Below are positions 59,270-64,000 of a stretch of DNA of 64,000 nt, in pieces; within the stretch, counting starts at the first letter, position 1, and each line of letters begins with the position of its first letter. The position numbers and the translations under genes are program-made. Source of the DNA: Anaerovoracaceae bacterium (GTDB lineage: Bacteria; Bacillota; Clostridia; Peptostreptococcales; Anaerovoracaceae); contig JAVWMQ010000004.1 of NCBI GenBank assembly GCA_036637375.1, positions 4,698 through 68,697 of the forward strand. The letters run 5' to 3'. The notes beneath the pieces were generated by a model. It made no database searches and was not told where the DNA came from. It saw only the letters and a program-made list of their open reading frames with translations.

Positions 59270-60343
59270 ATGACAAAAAAAATCAGGTGTGGTGACCTTT
59301 ACATAGGTGGCGACTTCCCAATCACAATACAATCAATGACAAATACAGATACACGAGATGTTAAGTCAACACTTCTACAAATTGAAAAATTAAGGGAAGC
59401 AGGGTGTGAAATAATAAGGCTGGCAGTTCCAGATATGGAAGCGGCACAAGCTTTTGGTGAGATTAAAACTAAGATTAAAATGCCTATGGTTGCAGATATA
59501 CATTTTGATTATAGATTGGCAATTGAAGCTATAAAAATGGGAGCTGACAAAATTAGGATTAACCCAGGAAACATAGGAAGCGTGGATAGGGTTAAAGCTG
59601 TTGTGGATATGGCAAAGAGCCGAGAAATTCCAATTAGGATTGGAGTTAATTCGGGTTCACTAGAAAAAGATATACTAGAAAAAGAAGGTGGGGTTACAGC
59701 TAACGGGCTAGTTGAAAGTGCAATTAGAAATGTAAGATTGCTTGAAGATTTAGACTTTGGCGATATTGTAATTTCACTAAAGGCATCTGACCCTAAGATG
59801 AATTACGATGGATATATGTCCATATCAAAAATGAGTGACTATCCGCTGCACATTGGTGTTACAGAGGCAGGAACTGTTTCGAGAGGAAAAATTAAGAGTG
59901 CGGTAGGAATTGGTGCATTACTATTGGCTGGCGTTGGAGATACTATGAGAGTATCATTAACAGGAGATCCAGTTAATGAAATATATGTTGCAAAATCCAT
60001 ACTTGCATCTGCTGGTATTAAAAAGGAAGCTATTAATTTGGTATCATGTCCAACTTGTGGTAGAACTTGTGTGGATCTATCAAAGATTACAGATGAACTC
60101 GAAGAAAAGCTAGTTAAGGTGACAAATGAACGTATAATAAAAGGGCTACCAGAATTGACAGTTGCAGTTATGGGCTGTGTTGTTAACGGTCCAGGGGAAG
60201 CTAGGAGTGCAGACCTTGGAGTGGCTTGTGGTATTGGAGAAGGCTTGCTATTTATTAAAGGCAAGACAATACGCAAAGTGAAAGAAGAAGAAATTTGTAA
60301 TAGTTTAATAGATATGGTGAAAAATTATGAAAGGTATGTTTGA
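59270..60343 (+). CDS. ispG: 4-hydroxy-3-methylbut-2-en-1-yl diphosphate synthase
   Basis: 357 aa with PITIQSMTNT, RINPGNIG, CPTCGR and GCVVNGPGE. Confidence 0.95.
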   Translation: MTKKIRCGDLYIGGDFPITIQSMTNTDTRDVKSTLLQIEKLREAGCEIIRLAVPDMEAAQAFGEIKTKIKMPMVADIHFDYRLAIEAIKMGADKIRINPGNIGSVDRVKAVVDMAKSREIPIRIGVNSGSLEKDILEKEGGVTANGLVESAIRNVRLLEDLDFGDIVISLKASDPKMNYDGYMSISKMSDYPLHIGVTEAGTVSRGKIKSAVGIGALLLAGVGDTMRVSLTGDPVNEIYVAKSILASAGIKKEAINLVSCPTCGRTCVDLSKITDELEEKLVKVTNERIIKGLPELTVAVMGCVVNGPGEARSADLGVACGIGEGLLFIKGKTIRKVKEEEICNSLIDMVKNYERYV

Positions 60344-63300
60344 TAACTTATTAAAGAACAACTATTCATACGAAATAAAAGAAGCCTTAATGTCAAGTGA
60401 AACAAAGAAGTTGGAAATTGGTATAAGGCTTAATTTTGTTATTCCAATAGAAGATGTGAATAGAGAAAAAAACAAGATACTAGAAATGGTACCTGAACTA
60501 AAAGGTGTTGATTTTCGTTTTAAATACTTTGATATGGAGCAGGATAAGGAAACTATAATAGCGAATATGTTGCCTCATTTAATCAGTATTGTAAATGGCA
60601 AATATGACCATATCACCAAAACTATTAATCTTAATAGATTTGATATAAATAACAATGAAATAACTTTTTTTGCTGTTGGTAAAATTATGTGCGATATGCT
60701 AAATGATGAGGTTGCAATTAAGTTTAAGGAAATTTTAAATAATAGATTTGGATATGAAGATAATATAGTCTTTTGTAATGATGAGTGTGCTTACAAAACA
60801 GCTAAAAAAGAAGTGGTTGAGGAAATTCCAAGTGTTATGCAAAAAACAATTCAGCCAAAGAGTGAAAACAAAGAATTCAAAACAAAAGAGAAGGCAACTA
60901 AAAAAGAAAAGAATGTCGAAATGGTAGGCAACAGAGTTATGGGTAAGCCTATTGCCAAGGAACCTATGAAAATGATTGATTTTAGTGAATCCAGTGGTGA
61001 TGCCTGTGTTATGGGTGAAATTTTTAGCATAACGAAAAAGGATATAAAGAACAACAAAAAAATTGTAACGATTTTACTGACAGATAATCAAACGTCAATA
61101 TGTGCAAAGGCCTTTGCAACAGAAGAAAAATGGACTGTAATAGAGGAAAACCTTAAAGAAGGCGACCATATAAAAATAAAAGGAAATGCTGAATGGGATA
61201 GTTTTGCAAATACACCTGTTTTGATGATTAAGGATTTAGAAAAAATACAAGCCTTTGAGGGGCGAATGGATGATGCTGAGGAAAAACGTGTAGAACTTCA
61301 CGCCCATACAAAAATGAGTTCTATGGACGGGCTTCAGGATGTTAAACATATGGTTAAATTAGCTGCTTCATGGGGGCACAAAGCAATTGCCATTACAGAC
61401 CATGGTGTAGTTCAAGCATTTCCAGATGCAGCAAGGGCAGCAGGTGGCAAAGATATAAAAATCATATATGGTGTAGAGGGTTATTTGTTTGATGACAAGG
61501 ATTGCAAAAATGAAGATGGAACAATTGAGTACAAAAAAAAGCCTACAAATCATGTGATTATTTTGGCGAAAACTCAAGAAGGGCTCAAAAACTTATATAA
61601 GTTAGTATCTCTGTCACATCTTGAATATTTTTACAAGAAACCAAGAATACCAAAATCTGTGTTGACACAAAATAGAGAAGGACTAATTGTAGGTTCTGCC
61701 TGTGAAGCGGGAGAAGTATATAGAAGTCTTGTTCAGAAAAAATCAAAAGAAGAGATTGACGAAATTGTAAACTACTACGACTATTTGGAAATCCAGCCTT
61801 TAATAAATAACCAGTTTATGATAGACAAGGGGATTGTAAATAGCAGGGAAGATTTGGTTAACCTTAATAAAAGAATAGTTGAACTTGGCAGGGAACATGG
61901 CAAAACTGTTGTAGCAACATGTGATGCTCACTATGCAAACGAAGAGGATGCTATATATAGAAAAATATTGATGTCAGGACAAGGATATAAGGACTTAGGT
62001 GAAGGCGGACTTTACCTTAGAACTACTGATGAAATGCTAGAAGAATTTTCATATTTGGGCAGAGAAATTGCAAAAGAAGTCGTAATTACAAATCCTAATT
62101 TAATTGCAGATTCAATTGAAGCCATTAGACCTGTACCAAAGGGTAAATTCCCACCACACATTGATAATGCAGATGTGACTTTAAGGCAGGAGTGTTATGA
62201 CAAAGCTCATTCAATTTATGGAGATCCTTTGCCAGAGGAAATACAAAAACGACTTGATGATGAATTAAGTGCAATTATCGATGAGGGATATGCGGTGATG
62301 TATGTTTCGGCTCAGATGCTCGTTAGGAAGTCTATGGAAGACGGATACCTTGTAGGTTCTCGAGGTTCTGTAGGATCGTCCTTTGCAGCAACGATGGCTG
62401 GTATAACGGAGGTAAATCCATTGCCACCACATTATATTTGTCCAAATTGCAAGAACCTTGAATGGGGCGATGAAAATGAATACGATTGTGGTGTCGATAT
62501 GCCACAAAAAAATTGTCCAAAATGTGGTGAAGCTTATAAACAAGAAGGGTTTACAATTCCTTTTGAAACGTTTTTGGGTATTCCCGGAAAGCAAAAGGAA
62601 CCAGATATTGACCTTAACTTTGCAGGTGAGTATCAGCCTATAGCTCATAAATATGTAGATGAAATATTTGGCAGCAAGAATGTGTTTAAGGCAGGAACAA
62701 TTGGTACTATCGCTGGCAAAACTGCTTATGGATTTGTTATGAAATATTTTGAGGAAAGGCAACAGCCTGTAAATAAATATGAAATAGATAGACTTACAAG
62801 GTGTTGTGAGGGAGTTAAAAGGACTACAGGACAGCATCCAGGGGGAATTATCATTTTGCCAGAGGGGCATGAAATATATGAGTTTTGTCCGGTACAACAC
62901 CCTGCGAATGATGCAAGTACAGGAATTATAACAACTCACTTTGATTATCATGCTATTGATGAAAACTTGCTTAAACTAGATATTCTAGGTCACGATGCGC
63001 CGTCTATGATTAGACAATTACAGGATATGACTGGACTTGATCCAATGGACGTTCCGCTAAAAGATGAAAAAGTAAATAGCTTGTTTTTAGGCACAGAGGC
63101 TTTGGGAATTAAGGATCCGGACTATATTTTTAAGCATGGTAGTTTTGGGATTCCTGAATTTGGAACTAAATTTGTAAGGCAGATGTTAGATGATACAAAA
63201 CCAACTAAATTTGCCGACCTTGTTAGAATTTCAGGGTTTTCCCATGGTACAAATGTATGGCTTGGCAATGCTCAATATTATATCAAGGAAGGAATTGCAA

Positions 63301-64000
63301 CAATGCAAAACGCAATTTCGACTAGAGATGACATTATGAACTATTTAATACTTAAAGGTGTTCCGAGTATTCCAGCATTTACTATTATGGAAAAAGTGCG
63401 TAAAGGTAAAGGAGTTAGCGATGAGGAAGCTGCCTTAATGACAACTCATGGTGTTCCGAGTTGGTATATCGATTCATGCAGAGCAATTTCATACATGTTC
63501 CCAAGGGCTCATGCTGTTGCATATGTTACCATGGCATATAGAATTGCTTATTTCAAAGTTTATTATCCACCAGAGTTTTATGCAGTCTATTTGACAACGA
63601 AGATTGCAGACTTCAACTGGGAAGTTATAAAGCAAGGTTCTAAATCTATTTTGAAGAGAATAGAGGAAATAACATTGAAAGGTAAGAATGCAACAAAAAA
63701 AGAAGAAGACGAAGTTACTGTTTTGGAAATTTGCTATGAAATGTATTCTAGAGGTTATCAATTTGCACCTCCAGCACTTGGAGAATCTACAGCTTTAAGA
63801 TTTTCTGTAAAAGATGGTAAGGTTCTAGTTCCGTTTTGTGCATTAAACGGTGTTGGCGAGAGTGCAGGCAAGGCTATTTATGAAGAATTCCAAAAGAAGC
63901 CTTTTGAAACTATTGAGGAAATTAGAGAAAGAGCCAAGGCGAACAAGACGGCAATCGAATCTTTGAGAAATGCAGGTGTGCTAAAAGGACTTCCAGAAAC
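60327..64000 (+). CDS. polC: PolC-type DNA polymerase III alpha subunit, 3' end outside the window; lacks the DEDD exonuclease insert
   Basis: The frame is open from ATG 60327 to the window end with no stop, so it is absent from the ORF track. ATG 60327 overlaps ispG by 17 nt; ATG 60336 is an alternative start. The translation is collinear with Gram-positive PolC. It shows an N domain, an OB fold and a PHP domain (VELHAHTKMSSMDG, AITDHG). It also has the zinc module CPNCK...CPKCG, the palm motifs (GSRGSVGSSF, EPDIDLNF, GQHPGGII) and HFDYH...LDILGHD. Confidence 0.9.
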   Translation, partial: MKGMFDNLLKNNYSYEIKEALMSSETKKLEIGIRLNFVIPIEDVNREKNKILEMVPELKGVDFRFKYFDMEQDKETIIANMLPHLISIVNGKYDHITKTINLNRFDINNNEITFFAVGKIMCDMLNDEVAIKFKEILNNRFGYEDNIVFCNDECAYKTAKKEVVEEIPSVMQKTIQPKSENKEFKTKEKATKKEKNVEMVGNRVMGKPIAKEPMKMIDFSESSGDACVMGEIFSITKKDIKNNKKIVTILLTDNQTSICAKAFATEEKWTVIEENLKEGDHIKIKGNAEWDSFANTPVLMIKDLEKIQAFEGRMDDAEEKRVELHAHTKMSSMDGLQDVKHMVKLAASWGHKAIAITDHGVVQAFPDAARAAGGKDIKIIYGVEGYLFDDKDCKNEDGTIEYKKKPTNHVIILAKTQEGLKNLYKLVSLSHLEYFYKKPRIPKSVLTQNREGLIVGSACEAGEVYRSLVQKKSKEEIDEIVNYYDYLEIQPLINNQFMIDKGIVNSREDLVNLNKRIVELGREHGKTVVATCDAHYANEEDAIYRKILMSGQGYKDLGEGGLYLRTTDEMLEEFSYLGREIAKEVVITNPNLIADSIEAIRPVPKGKFPPHIDNADVTLRQECYDKAHSIYGDPLPEEIQKRLDDELSAIIDEGYAVMYVSAQMLVRKSMEDGYLVGSRGSVGSSFAATMAGITEVNPLPPHYICPNCKNLEWGDENEYDCGVDMPQKNCPKCGEAYKQEGFTIPFETFLGIPGKQKEPDIDLNFAGEYQPIAHKYVDEIFGSKNVFKAGTIGTIAGKTAYGFVMKYFEERQQPVNKYEIDRLTRCCEGVKRTTGQHPGGIIILPEGHEIYEFCPVQHPANDASTGIITTHFDYHAIDENLLKLDILGHDAPSMIRQLQDMTGLDPMDVPLKDEKVNSLFLGTEALGIKDPDYIFKHGSFGIPEFGTKFVRQMLDDTKPTKFADLVRISGFSHGTNVWLGNAQYYIKEGIATMQNAISTRDDIMNYLILKGVPSIPAFTIMEKVRKGKGVSDEEAALMTTHGVPSWYIDSCRAISYMFPRAHAVAYVTMAYRIAYFKVYYPPEFYAVYLTTKIADFNWEVIKQGSKSILKRIEEITLKGKNATKKEEDEVTVLEICYEMYSRGYQFAPPALGESTALRFSVKDGKVLVPFCALNGVGESAGKAIYEEFQKKPFETIEEIRERAKANKTAIESLRNAGVLKGLPE

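Noticed and set aside
62265-62951. 228 aa minus-strand ORF, plus smaller ORFs at 60851-61057, 61368-61577, 62332-62520, 62458-62643 and 63489-63761
   Set aside because: All lie within the continuous polC reading frame, whose translation is collinear with PolC. They appear prominent only because polC is open-ended and missing from the ORF track.
1-64000. CRISPR arrays, tRNA/rRNA genes, IS elements, integrases, prophage or known defence-system genes
   Set aside because: None were seen. All intergenic gaps are under about 430 nt and are explained by promoters, terminators, one riboswitch and one small ORF. There are no regularly spaced direct repeats.

Overview
Low-GC Firmicutes (Clostridia-like) chromosomal segment, densely coding, with almost every gene on the + strand. 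I call 61 protein-coding genes, most of them conserved housekeeping clusters. In order they are fmt-rsmB-stp-prkC-rsgA-rpe, an LCP/TagGH-like/ddl envelope group, and thrS-sppA. Then come ylxM-ffh-rpsP-KH-rimM-trmD, yggS-sepF-divIVA-lspA-rluD, yicC-gmk-rpoZ and rpsB-tsf. A roughly 24.5 kb block follows, carrying kdpFABCDE, pepP, pflAB, an acyl-CoA ligase, a hybrid sensor kinase, a secreted peptidase and asnB. The window ends with pyrH-frr-uppS-cdsA-dxr-rseP-ispG-polC. I saw no rRNA, tRNA, CRISPR array, transposase or integrase, and I found no clear multi-gene novel system such as a defence island. Most of the window is ordinary core genome. The observations most worth a second look are these. 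(1) polC runs off the window end, so it is missing from the ORF track. It is collinear with Gram-positive PolC but lacks the roughly 190 aa DEDD proofreading exonuclease insert in the PHP domain. (2) A ZTP (pfl-motif) riboswitch with promoter and terminator lies upstream of pflA-pflB. (3) Two small genes fall below the ORF-track cutoff: a 44 aa Gin/CsfB-like zinc-ribbon protein and kdpF. (4) The near-universal rpsB-tsf-pyrH-frr cluster is split by the 24.5 kb block. (5) An orphan dual-SBP hybrid histidine kinase sits next to a secreted protein with three repeats and a C39-like cysteine peptidase domain. (6) ThrRS lacks both the TGS domain and a T-box leader. All function calls rest on motif recognition by eye in the translations. 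No database search was run.
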